Shown: positions 1 to 12,926 of the stretch, one piece after another
Position numbering within the stretch: the stretch's first letter is position 1
How the letters are laid out: each line of letters opens with the position of its first letter
Source of the DNA: Eutreptiella sp. 'Long Island Sound 2002'
Taxonomy: Eukaryota > Protista > Euglenida
Reading direction: 5' to 3'
Length of the DNA: 64,000 bases
Assembly (NCBI GenBank): GCA_964036045.1
Contig: OZ038378.1
Span: 42,842,001-42,906,000 of the forward strand
The notes under the pieces: generated by a model
Databases searched by the model: none
What the model saw: the letters and a program-made list of their open reading frames with translations, nothing else
What the model was told of the DNA's origin: nothing
Program-made: the position numbers and the translations under genes

Positions 1-300
1 ATCTGCCCCTTTGCCTACTGTGTTGGTTTCCTACAAGTAAAGCAAATTGGGAAAGCCCCGATCAGTAGCTCTCACCAGAACTTGATTTTAGGCCATTTGC
101 TCACACCAACACAGAGATTTGGAGGCTCGAAATGTGCTCGACTATCTGCCCCTGTCTATGGGCCCAGTGTTTTAGTTTCTTGCAAATAAGGGATTTATGC
201 AAAGCCCCGAGCAGTAGCTCTCACCAGAACTTGATTTCAGGCTTTGTGCACACAGGAGCACAGAGATCTGAAGGCTCCAAGGGTGCTCGACTATCCGCCC
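1..300. repeat. Degenerate ~143-149 bp tandem repeat (about 2 copies)
   Basis: Blocks aaagccccga.cagtagctctcaccagaacttgatt and gtgctcgactatc.gccc recur. atc(t/c)gccc starts at 1, 144 and 293. Confidence 0.7.
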
Positions 301-713
301 CCGTCCACACGTAGGCACACAAGCACAAACAGGGCACATGGAACATTTTGTTGGTAGGCTTTGTGCAAGCCACTTGCTTTAGTATCAGGGGAGACAATGA
401 GGAGGAGCAGTGCCCCCTTAGCTGGTGTCCCATCCAGCAAGGAGAACGGCGCCATCCAAGTCTTGGAGCGATGACTTGTACCCGTGACATAGTGCAGCAC
501 TCTGCGGACAAATGTCACTATCCAAAGGGGGAGGGAACGCTCCAACCTCCCCTCCTTGCCCCCCCCCCTCCCTATCCCACTCCACAAAGAGTAGGGGCCA
601 GGGGCGGTCTTCTTCTTCCTGTTCCCCCCGGCAGAGGCTGCCACCCTCTTCTTGTTGCCCTTCACCCCTATAAAGGCCACGGGGGAATCGGGGTCAGACG
701 CACACCACTCAGT

Positions 714-1560
714 CTAAGGTTCAGGCACAGGGGAGGGGGGGGCTCCCTTCCTCTTCCCCTTCACCCCTGTGGAGGACACAGACACACCCGGGTCGGACTC
801 CGACTCACACTCAGCCTGTTTGGATGTCGTGATCTGGTGAAGCATCACCGCGGGGACATTGTTGCCCGTGAGGGGGGCAAAAGGGACTGGCCCTTTGCCC
901 ACACAGCCGGGCAACTCCCCAGCCACCTTCGTGATATCCTTCACCACACTGGGGGCCCACCCTGTGCGCCGGAGGCTAAGGTTCCTTGGTGTTTGCACCC
1001 ACGCTGTTACCATGTCAAACATGGCCCTACACTCCCTCCGCAGCATGGCAACATTTTTAAGGGGGGGGGTTGCTCGGGCCACTCCCACGGCGGATGTTGT
1101 AGGCCAGAGCAACACCCGCACTGCAATATATAAACAATTTTTTTGATTGCACTGCGGGGAGCCGGTATGCAAGGTGACTGCAACCCCCCCTTTCCGCAAC
1201 TGCTCACAATATGACTTGGAGGCATTGTCGCCAGCCAAGTGATAAACTTCAACCACAACAACGACCCCATTGAGCAACTCTTCCGACCCCCCCCTGGTCA
1301 CCTCCCATACCCCAAAGGGGGCGAGGGTGGAGGGTGGCGTTTTGGGGAGCGCCTTAAGGAGCTGGCGCTTTTTGGGCCGCCCCCATGGAGCAGGCATGTG
1401 CTCCGGCAGCCCCGATGCCTTTTTGCTTAGGGCAGAGGCAGCGTGCCGGAGCTTGCGCTCCTTCTCCCTAAGGCCAGCACCCCCTCCTTCTTCCCCCCAA
1501 ACGCCTCCCGCACCCGCTGCTCTGCCCCCTCAGACTTTTTAACCTCCTGGTCCAAAATAT
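714..1560 (-). pseudogene. Decayed TE-derived ORF, possibly Ulp1/C48-protease-like
   Basis: ORF 714-1397(-) has APWGRPKK (compare APWGRKK in the Ulp1-like ORF near 28.65 kb), VEVYHL and SPQCNQKNC, which resembles the Q-x-N-x-x-D-C motif. No clear His-Trp. Frameshifted upstream. Confidence 0.3.
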
Positions 1561-2118
1561 CCCTTAGCACCCTAACCTAGCTACCACTAGACCTTTTCCA
1601 ATCTGTTAAAAGGGGAAAGGCAATGGGAAAAAAGGACATCCGAGGCAATGACACACATTTCAAGCACACCCCTTTGGAGGTTTTGCACGTCAATATACCT
1701 GATGCCTTTGACAAGTACACTACGCACAAAGACAAGCACGAACACAATGATATACCCAATGTCCTTACACAAGCTTGGGTACTTCATGTTACACTTTTCT
1801 TCCACCCTGCTAGGCGTCATGCAAAGTGGGCACCAAGATTGCAGACAACATTCCTGTACTTTATGCCTCCAAGATGGCGACCAAAATGTCTTCCAAGGCA
1901 TCTTGGCCGGGAAGATCCTAGTACATGGGTACCAGTATTGGTTGCGGTTTTCGGGCCGCTCTCGCGACCAAAACTTCCAGGCGTTTTAAGAGGGGTCCAA
2001 CGGTACCCATTTCAAAGACCCAGTACCAACGCTACCGGACCGGATTGCACGCCCATCACTAGGTATGTCCAAAAATTGCCCCTGATGACGAGAGGATATC
2101 ACTCTCTGTTCCTATGTT

Positions 2119-3900
2119 CTACGTTGTGCACATGTGCCACATGTGGAAGAAAAAGGTAAAATTGGAAGTCCGCCCCCCCCCCTGCTTCTGGCCAATCGCC
2201 TGTGGGTCGGGGCCACCGTGTGGGGGATCCATCCCATGTCTTCTGCGATGCGCACGGCCGCAATAGTTCCCCGCATGGAGAATGCGGAGGCCCAATCCCT
2301 GGACTATTGCAACAAAAACACGGAGAACACCTCCTCTTTCCCCTTCCCCGAGCTCCTCATGGCGTACTTCCATAACTTCCCCAATGCTACTCCTTGAGGT
2401 GCGGTTAGCAACGGATTGTACTGCCAGAGCCTCCGGGCTATCCCCCAGCTCCGAGCACCCCAGAGTCGCGCCCAGGCGGACCTATACCCGTCCCCCAGCC
2501 ATTCCACCGCACCGTCTTTACCGCCCCCCTTGCGTGCCCTCGTCCCCCCACCAAAGGGATCCTCAACAGCGCTTCATCCCGTCCAATTAGGACAATACAC
2601 CAGCCAATGGAGGGCGTGCTCTCGGCTCACCCCATTCGGATGCAACGCCGGCAAGGCTAGGTGGGCTTGCCTAACGGCGGAACCCATTTGTGGTTGTTCC
2701 CCATGGTCTTGACACACATTATCCCCTGATGCAACGCAACCTCAACCCCCGTACAAAACCTAGGTTGTGTGATGGCCGCCACTCCCCGTCCCTCCGCCCC
2801 CATGCCGTGTGCCTCCGATGGTTGACCTGAAGCAGCTTTCTTAAATCCCCCCCATTTGGCCCTATAATCGCGCTGAATCCGGACCATTCCGACCGAAATC
2901 CCCCACGCAAAATTGTCCCAAGGGGTCCCCCGATCCTCAAGATCCGTGATGACGTTGTCGAAATCCACGGCATTGTTCCCTGAACCCCATCCACCCCCTC
3001 CATGTCCTCAGCCACCCAGTGCTCCCCCAACGCACTCAAAAGCTCCTACAAGAGCTTACGCTGCCACGACATCCACCGGCGCAGATGCGGGGCACTCTCC
3101 ATCGTCTCCACGTTGGCCAGCTAAAGCCGGATGGTGTCCTCCTTGTTCTCGCGCTCTTGCTCCTTCCCCTTGCCGCTCTTCAAGTCCTCCACCTCCTTCC
3201 GCAAGCCACTTGTACTTTTGCCCAGGATCTGCAGCTGCTCCTCCTGCAGCCTCATGATCTCCATCATCCTCTGGAGCGTCTGGCCTGCTCCCCCCTCACC
3301 GCTGTGCGCTCCCCGTTGTGCTCCCCCATGAGCGGCGCCATAGTCCCCCCCTCCCCTCGATCCACAAAATCACACATGAGCATCGTCTCCTTGGGCCAAC
3401 CCAGACTGGCCCGTATCCAGCACCCTCCCCCCCTTTAGTAGCCACCATTCGTCCTCTGTTTCCCCCAATTGATCCAGCACCGCGAGCTGCAGCTCCCCCA
3501 CGTCCCTCGCTTGCCTCTATGCCCACCCTGTCGGTGCCTAGATCCAAACCTCAATCAGCCGTGCACGCCCCGCGCGCCGGTTCAGAGGCGCCACACGGTA
3601 AAGCCTTGCGCTTCTGCTCCCATCGGCTGCGGCGGCATGCCCACCGGCGTGGTTGTTTGGCTCACAGCCAGGGTAACTTCCGCGCCGGACCAATCCCCCA
3701 TGGTACCCGTCCCCTCCGCAGGTGGTGAGTAGCCAACCCCATTCAGGATCCGCACACGTACCCCTGTCTCTAGCATCCTCCCCCTCGCGTCACCCATCCA
3801 CGTTCTTGTCGTCCCGCATGCCGCGGTAGACGGACTCCACTCGTAACCCGTACTCGCTGTTGGCAAGGGACTCCACAAGCTCTTCTCCTTCACGTCCATC
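2119..3900 (-). pseudogene. Frameshifted GC-rich ORF remnant with coiled coil (gag/ORF1-like, unclassified TE)
   Basis: Minus-frame segments such as QTLQRMMEIMRLQEEQLQILGKSTSGLRKEVEDLK and DFDNVITDLEDRGTPWDNFAWGISVGMVRIQRDY are separated by stops and frameshifts. Confidence 0.3.
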
Positions 3901-4449
3901 CAGTCTTCCTCCGGCAGCCCGGCTCGTAAGAAACGCAGCCGCGGCGCTGGTTACGTAGGGGCCCCGCAGGCCTTGGGCCTTGTCGATTCGCCCCGTGCCA
4001 ATCACCGCACTAGGATGCCACACAACGTGCTGGGACTTGAGCCTCGGGCGTACCCCAAAAGCACACAATGCGCAAAATAGCAACTCACAGGTTACAAAAC
4101 TTAACACCAAGCAACAAAGGTCCCCCAGTCCCCCGCCGGAAAACAAGAGTTCATCGAGAGCCAAACTGCCGCTCCCGTCCATTGGCAAAACTGCTTCATA
4201 GGCATAAGTTGGGAGGGGGGCCTCAAAGAGTCAATTGCAATGTCAGCATTAGGCATGGGGTGCGCCTGCCCCACTCCATCACACAGTCATACGGTGTTTT
4301 CACAATACGAAGTGTGATCTCATGTTCAACCCTCATCCTTGTGTCCGCTTGCTATATTCGCACTCAAGTCTCTACACAGTTATGCGTGCATCCTGGTCAG
4401 AGGTCACTTCCTCTCCATGCTGAAATAGTTGCTGGCCCCATTGGGCTAC

Positions 4450-7400
4450 ACCGAGATGGACAAAGATAGGTCCTTAGGTTGAGAGACCCCGTGGATACAT
4501 GTGCAGTAAAAATTCGAAACATTCAATGTACAACATCTAAGGGATGAAGCAGCGGATCCTTCGGTGCTGCATGACACGATTGAAGCCATAGAGGGGGAGT
4601 CCGGTGCGGACATGTCCGAGCAAGGCCTCTGTGACAATGCCTGAAAATGTAAAGTTTGCCGGAGGAAGGGGGGTGCATCACCCTCCATTGCCAATAGCTC
4701 CAACAACGCTAGCAGTTGTACGGTGGCTTATGAGGACAAGGGAGACTGGGGATGTAGTGTACAAAAAGTGGTGCGCACCGTCCCTACCCGGTATAGCGTA
4801 GATGAAGCGTCACACGTGGCAGGTGTTCATTCCAAGTCTCTTGTGTCGGCTCGGGCTAGATTCTCTGCGAGGTACAGCTACAAAGGATGGCTCAAACACA
4901 CACTCTCCAAAACTTGGAAAGAATACCACTGCCCATAAACCACGGGCCAGCCAACGAATCAAGTTCTCACCAAGAAGGGTATCTTCATGACAGATAAAGA
5001 CTGCCTATTCCTTCAAAGCAGCATCCTTTGTGTGGCATGCACTAGAGAAGGGCTACCCAGCCTCAACAGTCACAATGTGCAGCAATACACCCTTGCCATT
5101 CAGTGTGACCAGATGAAACCCACGGACCCCTCCAACAGGAGATATGACTTGCGCCAGCTCGACCAAAATGACTTCCAAGAAGTGGCGAACGCATGCTCCG
5201 TCCTCTTCTCATGGGCCAACATCTCTAAATGGCACCCCACTGCCGTCATGCACCTGTACTTCACGGCCACGGACAACATCATACCCCGCCGCCGATCGAA
5301 AATGTCCCTCTCATCAACACATACCAAAATCCTAGCCGCGGCCCGGCATTCCCACAGTGGAAGACGCTTAGCTGAAATTGCCCGATGGTGGGAGAACAGA
5401 AACAACAAGGCCATGGCAGCAAAGCTCCACTTCCCTCTGGAAAAAGTGAAAAGTGTCTCCATCACATCATCCACAACCCACACCATAAAACTAAAAAAGA
5501 ACAAGTTGCAGGTTGTGGATGAGATCAGCGCCGATGGAAAAGACTTCCCCAAAGAAAAAGCTGTCGTCCTCCGAAGCCACATCGCTGGAACAACTACCCC
5601 ATGCTCTAATCAGCCGACAAGACGAATTCAGCCTCCACCTGTTTACCTCCCTCGTGCAAGCCTTTGCACATGGTGCCCACGACCAACTGCTTTGTGCACT
5701 ACTCCACCTGTGCCTAATCAAGAAACAACTGAAATGGCCCATTCCCAACAATTGCCCCATCCTCCTAGAACCGTACCTTCGTCAGCTAGAGTCCAGCAAT
5801 GTCTTTCTTCACCATCAGCAATGCTCGAATTTGGACTGCCTAGGTTCCCCCCGATCATTATGCCTACAAAAAGCAGCTGTCACCGCAGATGTGCGCCATC
5901 ACATGCTGATGGCTGGTATGCTGGTTCGCCCACTTTTATGGCAAAGTCTTCATCATCGATTGGCACGAAAGTAACACATTCTGCAACACCATCAGGAAGC
6001 ACATGGAGTGCCTCTTCCCGTCCGATGCACTCCGCGTAGAAGAATGGGCCCCCGCTCTGAGCAACACAAGTACAGAAGCCTGGCAGCACCTTGGAACCCA
6101 TACATCCAAGTACTCGAGATCGTGTACAGCAATGACCATAGAGGCTTTGCCACCAGTCCCCAAGACATGGCTCACATGTACAACACGTTCAGCCACGGCT
6201 GCTGGTCGACAGGAGGATCGTCACAATGTAAGAAGATTAAAATGTATAGAGCAGAACCAAAGAATGGCACACTAGAGTACATGGATGGCGAAGTGGAGAC
6301 AATGCGGGACATGTTCACCCTCCAGAAATCGGACCTCAAGATGACCGGAATCCCACTCAACCGTGGAGAGATCCCCAAAGAACCCACTCTGAAGTTCGCC
6401 CAACGCCTCTCTGTCCTTCAAGGAACGCTCGCATGCGTGCAACCCTCCTTTGTTCTCATACTGCGCATCCTGATCACGGACACCCTGTCCGTGGTAGACT
6501 ACGTGTTCTCAGCCATCCGAGTGCGAGCAGAATGGGTTCAACCGCAACAGACACAAATAAAGACGATAGTCTGCAAAGCACGATGCATCCCGGTTCACAC
6601 CTCGAACAAGATGCTTTGGGCAGCTCTCGACGACATGGGCTTCGCAGTCCCTCACGTATTCTCTCGCCTATAGTGCCAATACATCAAAGGCCTCTTCCTT
6701 GCTTGCAACAGCAGAAGCACGTATACCAGGGAGACCAGCACAACGCTCATGCTGTATCCCAAGCCCAATGTACCCCCCCACCCGGATTGGATCGTTGCGC
6801 AACAATGGATGGCCCAGCACGACGTCTCCTTCCACCTTCCAGCAGACCTTACACAATGCCCCATCCAGGTTGACGTACTGCACACCCCTAAAGGTGACCT
6901 TATCCTCATGTCCGACAGTTCTAAAGAAATCGATGACCATGCATGGTCTGCAATTGTGATCGACAGCAACCGGACTCGCCCTAAAAGCCAGCTCCGCAGT
7001 GAGATGCACAGGAGGCAGCAGTTGCATTGCCGAATGGTGTGGAAAATTTTTTAACATGCTGCTCATCCATCGCTTCCACATCGATCCAAGCCAAATCACA
7101 GGTGCCATCTCGGACAACCTGGGAGCCATGCATGGTGGTGACGGAGGCAAACTATCCAAATGCATCTGGGTTGACGCATACTGCATGTCATACGCGCAGT
7201 TCCTATGTAGACACGGTATCCCGGAAGTATACATTCCGGCACAGCATAACACCAAGAGCAACACCGGAGCGGCGTTGTGGCGGGGTAGCTTGTGGCCGTT
7301 AGAGTGGTGTTATATTGTGAGCATCCAATGCACGTACCATGTCGGCAACCAGTACTCCATTGTGAAGGCACATCATCATGTCATCGAGGGTCTCTGGCAT

Positions 7401-9336
7401 GGGTATTTGGCCCTCCGCTGCATGCTGAAGTGTTGACTTTGCTGTGTCATCGCTTTCCTTCTGCTCAACAGTTTCTTTAGGTAGTTCATCAGCCGCAGCT
7501 TTGAGGAAACCAAATCCAACCGAAATTTCCGACTTGAGACGAATGTGAAGCTGAACAGCCGGATTTGGAGAGCAAGACCCCACCAGCACCCAGTTTGTAA
7601 GATTCATCGGGACTTTAAGAATCTCCAGCACCCATTGAATAGCCTCAGGACACAGGATACTGGGTAATGGGCCTTCACCGAACGTAATGTACAACGGCAG
7701 CTAAACAGATGGTGCAAATTGGACAAAATGACGGGAGTGGCGAAATTTCGCTCGATTGTGAGATTTTGCTATTTTGGGGGTTCAATTCACAGGGGGCAAT
7801 GTACCTTCCTTGGAATTGGAGTCAACGTGACAATTGCCAGCACTGATTGCATCATAGTGAAACTCGGACTGCGGCTGCCAGTGTTGTACACCATGACACT
7901 CACCTGATTCACTCCCTCCTTAGCTAGGTCAGTCTGCAGCTGGCTCATGATGATTCGAACGTCCGCCAATTCACCAGCAACCACCAATGGTTTCCCCAAT
8001 GAAACATGTCGCACATCAAGAGGCCTTTTGGAACCTCAATAACAGCTAGTATGAACAGCAACCCAACAACAATAGCATTCAAAATGGTAGTAGGATTAAC
8101 AAGACAAAGCTGAAAAGGGGACTCACCGCCAGTAGCATTAGCACCAGAACCAGAAATTGTCTTCAAGTGAACTACATTGACATTCCCTTCGGAGCTGGCA
8201 ATGTCAAAGGAATTACGAGGTCTGGCCAGGTGGCTCCTGAAATCTATATATTTTGAAGATGTCCAGAATTCGGCCCTGCACACAGAGTCCCAAAGAGGCA
8301 TAGGCAAGTCGGGTGTACACCCGGCGACACCAAATGCAACGTTGTCTGGCGCAGAGGACTCACATAAGGCAAGTATACCATTGCCGGACTCACAGCAGTG
8401 TACTGGATCCGTACAATCCCTCACTGCCATGAAGGAACCAAAGACGAATTCTCATGCCCCTTCTGCCGCACAATGGCCACCGGCTGGGGTGTCCACATGC
8501 AATCTGCCTGCATCATGCACCCACTCCTATGCTTGTGGTCGTTCGCCAACGCAGCAAACTGTCTAGCCATTCAAGGATACTCCATCGAATGGCAATCACC
8601 AGCTGCTTTGTCCACCACCAAAGAAGACGAAAAGCATGCATGGAGACTAATCCCGAATTTCTCGCTCGAATCCCACACCCAATGGTCTCCTCTCGGCGTA
8701 TGCATCACCTGGTCAGGAGTAGTCCTTCGTTCCAAAAGAAATCCCCTCTCCACGGTTGACGCCATAACCATCTCCTCAGAGTACCCAAACTGCCGGGGCT
8801 CCATGAGAACATGGCCACGTGCTGTACGCACAGAGCACCTGATCACGGAACCAAACTCGCAAGGATGGTCCACGCTCAAGACAGAATGGAAGTATCATGC
8901 AATCACTGCGGCGTTCAACTTCGTTGGGCGTCAGAACAACTCACTGATGTGCGACACCAGCCCGGTCCCACTGAGCCTCCTCCCCTCGGCCGTCACCCCT
9001 CTCTCGTTTCAAGCTAGAGCAGAATGCCCCACCTCTGATCCCGAACCAAGCACAGTATACGTATCATCAGTTTCACCTGCTGTTATCCATGGTCAGTCAC
9101 ACGCTGTGACGTTCAGAGTATCTCAAGAGCTGCACATCAGCTTTGACAGAGAACTGACACTCACTACTGCTGGCAAGCTTACACAAGTTCTGTTGCAGGA
9201 CGAGTGGCCAAGCGCTCCACGAGATCAGGCTCACCATCTTGAACCTCCCGCATTGGACTGGGACAGTATCTCCGCATCTACAAGTGAATCCTCCCTAGAA
9301 CCTGCTCACGATTCCGAGAATGACATTGACTACTAG
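4450..9336 (+). mobile_element. Degenerate non-LTR retrotransposon (LINE): RT, RNase H, C-terminal CCHC finger
   Basis: RT-like LIKKQLKWPIPNNCPILLEPYLRQLES (~5720), YSND at 6125-6136 (YxDD box), LKMTGIPL and a thumb region. RNase H-like ILMSDSS...GSSCIAE...GAISDN...VYIPAQH (6900-7250). CPFCRTMATGWGVHMQSAC at 8455-8511. Many stops and frameshifts. The 5' boundary is approximate. Confidence 0.8.
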
Positions 9337-9819
9337 AACTCAGACTGCAAGTTCGAATGAATGCCGAATGCTTTCGTGCTGTGTGTCGCCCTTTTTTCTC
9401 CTAAACTTACCCAACATCCCTGTGCTCAAGAACCAAGAATGGCAGACTCTCACAAGAATAGAAAATGACAATTCGAGAGAGGGAGAGACCGCACTGATCA
9501 TCACCGCACAGCACCAGAAGCCCATACCCATGGAAGAACACACACTTTTACGCCAGCTCATGGAAGAAAATTCAAGCCACTTCGCTCCCCTGCCTCCCCT
9601 AATCAATCCCTATCAACCAAACCCAATCCTTATCCCACCCATGAATTTCATCACCATGAATCTCATCCTTCGCCGTCCAAAGGTTTTTATCACTCTTCTC
9701 AAGGTTGTTTGTGGCCCACTGGTTGACGGGGGCCAGGGCATGATTCCGACTCATCCTGCTCGTCGTTCCACAACAAGTCGTACTGAAAAGGGGGGGGGGG
9801 TGGCATGATGCCGGGATGA

Positions 9820-10660
9820 TTACTGCCTAAAGCTGGTGGCGCCTATTGGCCTCTCACCACTTACCCTTGTCCTGCCATTGAACTCCTTTCCTCCGGAGGT
9901 GGCAGTGCCCATCAGCCTCTCACCAGCTAGTGCCCTTGCTTGCTTAAGTAAGGATGGGCCGACAATTGTGTAGGGAGGGTTTACCACCATGTACTCCCGT
10001 CCTTTCCCTTGGTAGGTTATGCCACCGACGCGCCCAGACTGTCGCTGTTTCACTGCTCTGTGTTGGGTCCACTCAGAGGAGGGCAACAGCCCTTGCCATT
10101 GGCTCCTGGGGTCGTGGGGGGTCATAGAGCCTCCAACAGTTCTGAAGGCTCATGTGGGCCGTGGAGGATTTGTGATGCACACACATGGGGGGGTGAACAG
10201 CTTCTCTGACACTGCTGCCAACAAAAACGGTGACAGACTATCCATTAATTACCGTCTGCTATTGTTCGACCGTTGGTGGCCCTCCAACCAGCCCCCTCCG
10301 AGTGCAGTTGGCTTCCATCCTAAAATCCACACACAAAAATTAAGGAAAAATGGCATGGCTCTCGAAAGAGGCGGGCCAGCCCACAGTCACTTGTGCAGTC
10401 ATCTGTTTGAGCTGTCAATGACCGAATAACCAAATTCCATCTGCACTGCACCATGCCAACACAATCCGAGTGTTCTTCGCCTGAGCAAAGCACCCACACT
10501 GCACTCATTGGATGGGGCCACACACACTTTGAGTAAATTTTTGTGCCGGAGGAACCCAGAATGAGGGAGAAATAGTACCAACACTGCTGAACACCTGTCC
10601 AATGTAATGGTCACAGGATGCTCTAGAGTTCAAGACCCCCTGACGTAGATGCTGGTAGAC
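9820..10660 (-). mobile_element. DIRS-like retroelement fragment (RNase H end plus adenine-methyltransferase-like domain)
   Basis: VVNPPYTIVGPSLLK with VNPPY at 9970-9984. It follows an RNase H-like tail (WLEGHQRSNNSRR*LMDSLS). RT-RH-MT is the established DIRS pol layout. Heavily degraded. Confidence 0.5.
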
Positions 10661-10968
10661 TTTAAGTTTACCTTCTGAACCTAAATGTAATTTTCGAGGG
10701 TGTTGTACAGGTTTGATTAGTTGACTTGCTCAAACGGGTTGATTCCCCCCTTTTTTACAAGGAAACCAGCCAGGGCTGAACTCACTACCATGGACCTGTG
10801 ACCTCTTAGGCTCCTTTGAATTTCCAGTGTTGCCACCTTGGGCCGCCACTGTTTACAGGATGCGCCATCTGCCGGACTCCACCAGCATTACTGGTCATCA
10901 AACACATGGTTTCCCGTGCTCCCATGATACCTGAACACTAACCTCCCAAAATGCACGAAACTGCACAC

Positions 10969-11110
10969 CTGCTCGTACATGCAATTGTACAGCTGCCACT
11001 TCCCCGTCCTCAGATATTCTAGAACAGGCTGAAAAGACTCAAAGTCCTTATCGATGAAATAATACCCCTCATCATCAACGCATGCAGGGATATCTCCTTT
11101 CAGCAAGCCG
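10969..11110 (-). CDS. BTB/POZ (KCTD/T1-type) protein, exon encoding the C-terminal half of the domain
   Basis: Acceptor tgcag| then C GGC TTG CTG AAA..., giving (S)GLLKGDIPACVDDEGYYFIDKDFESFQPVLEYLRTGKWQLYNCMYEQ, followed by |gtgtgc. FIDxD...F..VLEYLRTG is the BTB_2 signature. Further 3' exons were not located. Confidence 0.85.
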
Positions 11111-11199
11111 CTGCACATGCACAGAACCACATGAACATGAGACACAAAGTAGCAGGAGTGCAGGGGTGACAGTGCATACAGCACATGCAGCGTCACACG

Positions 11200-11410
11200 T
11201 GACAATCAGAACAGAAATTGTCTCACGACATTTGAAACTCGGAACTGATGAGTTCTCACACACTAAAATGGCTCAGCACCACTGCATCCAACAAGAAAAA
11301 TCACACATGACATTCAGAACAGAATTGTCTCATGACATTCGATACTTGGAAGTGATCAATCAGCACACACAAAAATGGTTTAGCACCACTGCATCCAACA
11401 AAAGAAAGAT
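11200..11410. repeat. ~108 bp tandem duplication
   Basis: cagaacaga(a)attgtctca.gacatt and agcaccactgcatccaaca each occur twice, ~108-110 bp apart. Confidence 0.6.
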
Positions 11411-12511
11411 TCTCATTGCCCTAAGTCCTCACAACATGAAATGGTGAGCTGACATGTTTTCAGGGTTTCTTTGGAAGGAAAGGAGAGGGGAGGAGTGGTT
11501 AGGGCGTGAGATGGGGAGCTTTAGAAGGAGTTGTTGCACCGCGTGTGCACCATGCACATACTGTGGCAACCTTTAAGGGCCAAACACCAGCGAACCATCC
11601 CAAAAAGCCCATAGAACACCACCAAACCGCAGTTGCTAGCACAAAATCATTCTTGCGAGAGGCTTTTTGATGGTTGCCAGTAAAGCCTGGAGGCTTCTGG
11701 GCAGTTGTTGTTATTTCCAAGTGGGTTTTGGATGCTAGTTTCTTGGTTTCTTGGTTTCTTTGGCAGAGTGGGGTGTTCCAAGGGATGAAGGCAATGGGGT
11801 GTGGATGCGAAATTCCAACCGGTGAAATGCACAATCACGTGCAATTGTCCTACTATGCACCTCGCACTGGATGCTAAAAAAATTGCATCTCTGATGGGCC
11901 CACAACCACCACAAGGAGAAGTCTCTCCATTGTGCTTTCACCATGATCAGTGACATTGGTGCCAGGGACAACCAAAAACAAGGGCATGTTGTTTCAGAGC
12001 TGTGAAGAGAAAAATAGTATAGTATCTACACCACCTCATCCTGCCCCCGGCACCCGCGAGCAGGGCGGCGGGAGTTCACGTGTGCTACTGGCCCTCCCAC
12101 CCCTCCCTAGGGAGGATCATTGCGTGAGGGGCCATGCACTACGCCGCGTCCGACACTAGAGCCGTCGTCTGATCACACAGCTCAGGTGTGATAAGTCGCC
12201 ACAAGGAACGGATACTGCGGTCGATGTTCCTCACTACCCGTACAGTACATCCGCTTCAAAGAATCACGCAACTCCTAGGGCGGCGGGGAGGCATCTGTGC
12301 GCTCTCAAAGCCATCGGAGCCCCGCTGGGAGATGCCTACCAATAGTGGCAGGCCAGATGGCAGCCCGCTAGGAAGGGATGTCCCTCCGCATCACCCAAGC
12401 CAACAGGTCGTGCCACGGCTGCAGCTGGGCTGAGCCCCACTGGAGGGCAGCTCGCACATCCGAGACTACTACCATGCCGCGCGGGGCTGCGAACACGGCC
12501 ACGGGCATTTG

Positions 12512-12670
12512 GTAAAACCTAGTATGCGCCGTAGTAAAACCGAGTAAAACGTAGTAAAACCTAGTAAAATGTAGTAAAACCTAGTAAAAATTTTTTTTAA
12601 AAAGTTTTTTTTTACTAGGTAAAAAGAGCAAAATTTTTCAAAAATTTTCCTTGCTAGGTTACTAGGTAGT
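12512..12670 (+). repeat. Left terminal array of (G/C)TAGTAAAA(C) 10-mers; candidate left TIR of a large composite element
   Basis: Six tandem 10-mers at 12531-12590 followed by ttttactagg copies. 12570-12590 (tgtagtaaaacctagtaaaaa) is the exact reverse complement of 32441-32461. Confidence 0.65.
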
Positions 12671-12892
12671 TACAATTTTGACTTGAATTTGAACAAAAAA
12701 CACAAAGTTTATGGGGGGGGGGGGGGGTCAACGGTAGGTGGTATTTGTGTTTAAGGGCATGGTGCCCCCTGGTCGATTCTAGGACACTTGTGTAAGTGGC
12801 GCCCCACCCGGGCCAAACCGTGTATTGTAAGGTCAGCAAAAACAAAATGAGGCTCAAGAAAAGAAGGAGCTTTTATATCATAAATATCTACA

Positions 12893-12926
<34 letters not shown>

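Noticed and set aside
7787-8430. Minus-strand HWGNHWWLLV as a Ulp1 His motif
   Set aside because: It lies inside the plus-strand LINE between RNase H and the CCHC finger and has no supporting Asp/Cys motifs, so it is probably antisense noise.
9320-9808. THPARRS as a tyrosine-recombinase HxxR motif
   Set aside because: It is on the strand opposite the DIRS fragment and there is no upstream Arg or downstream Tyr box.
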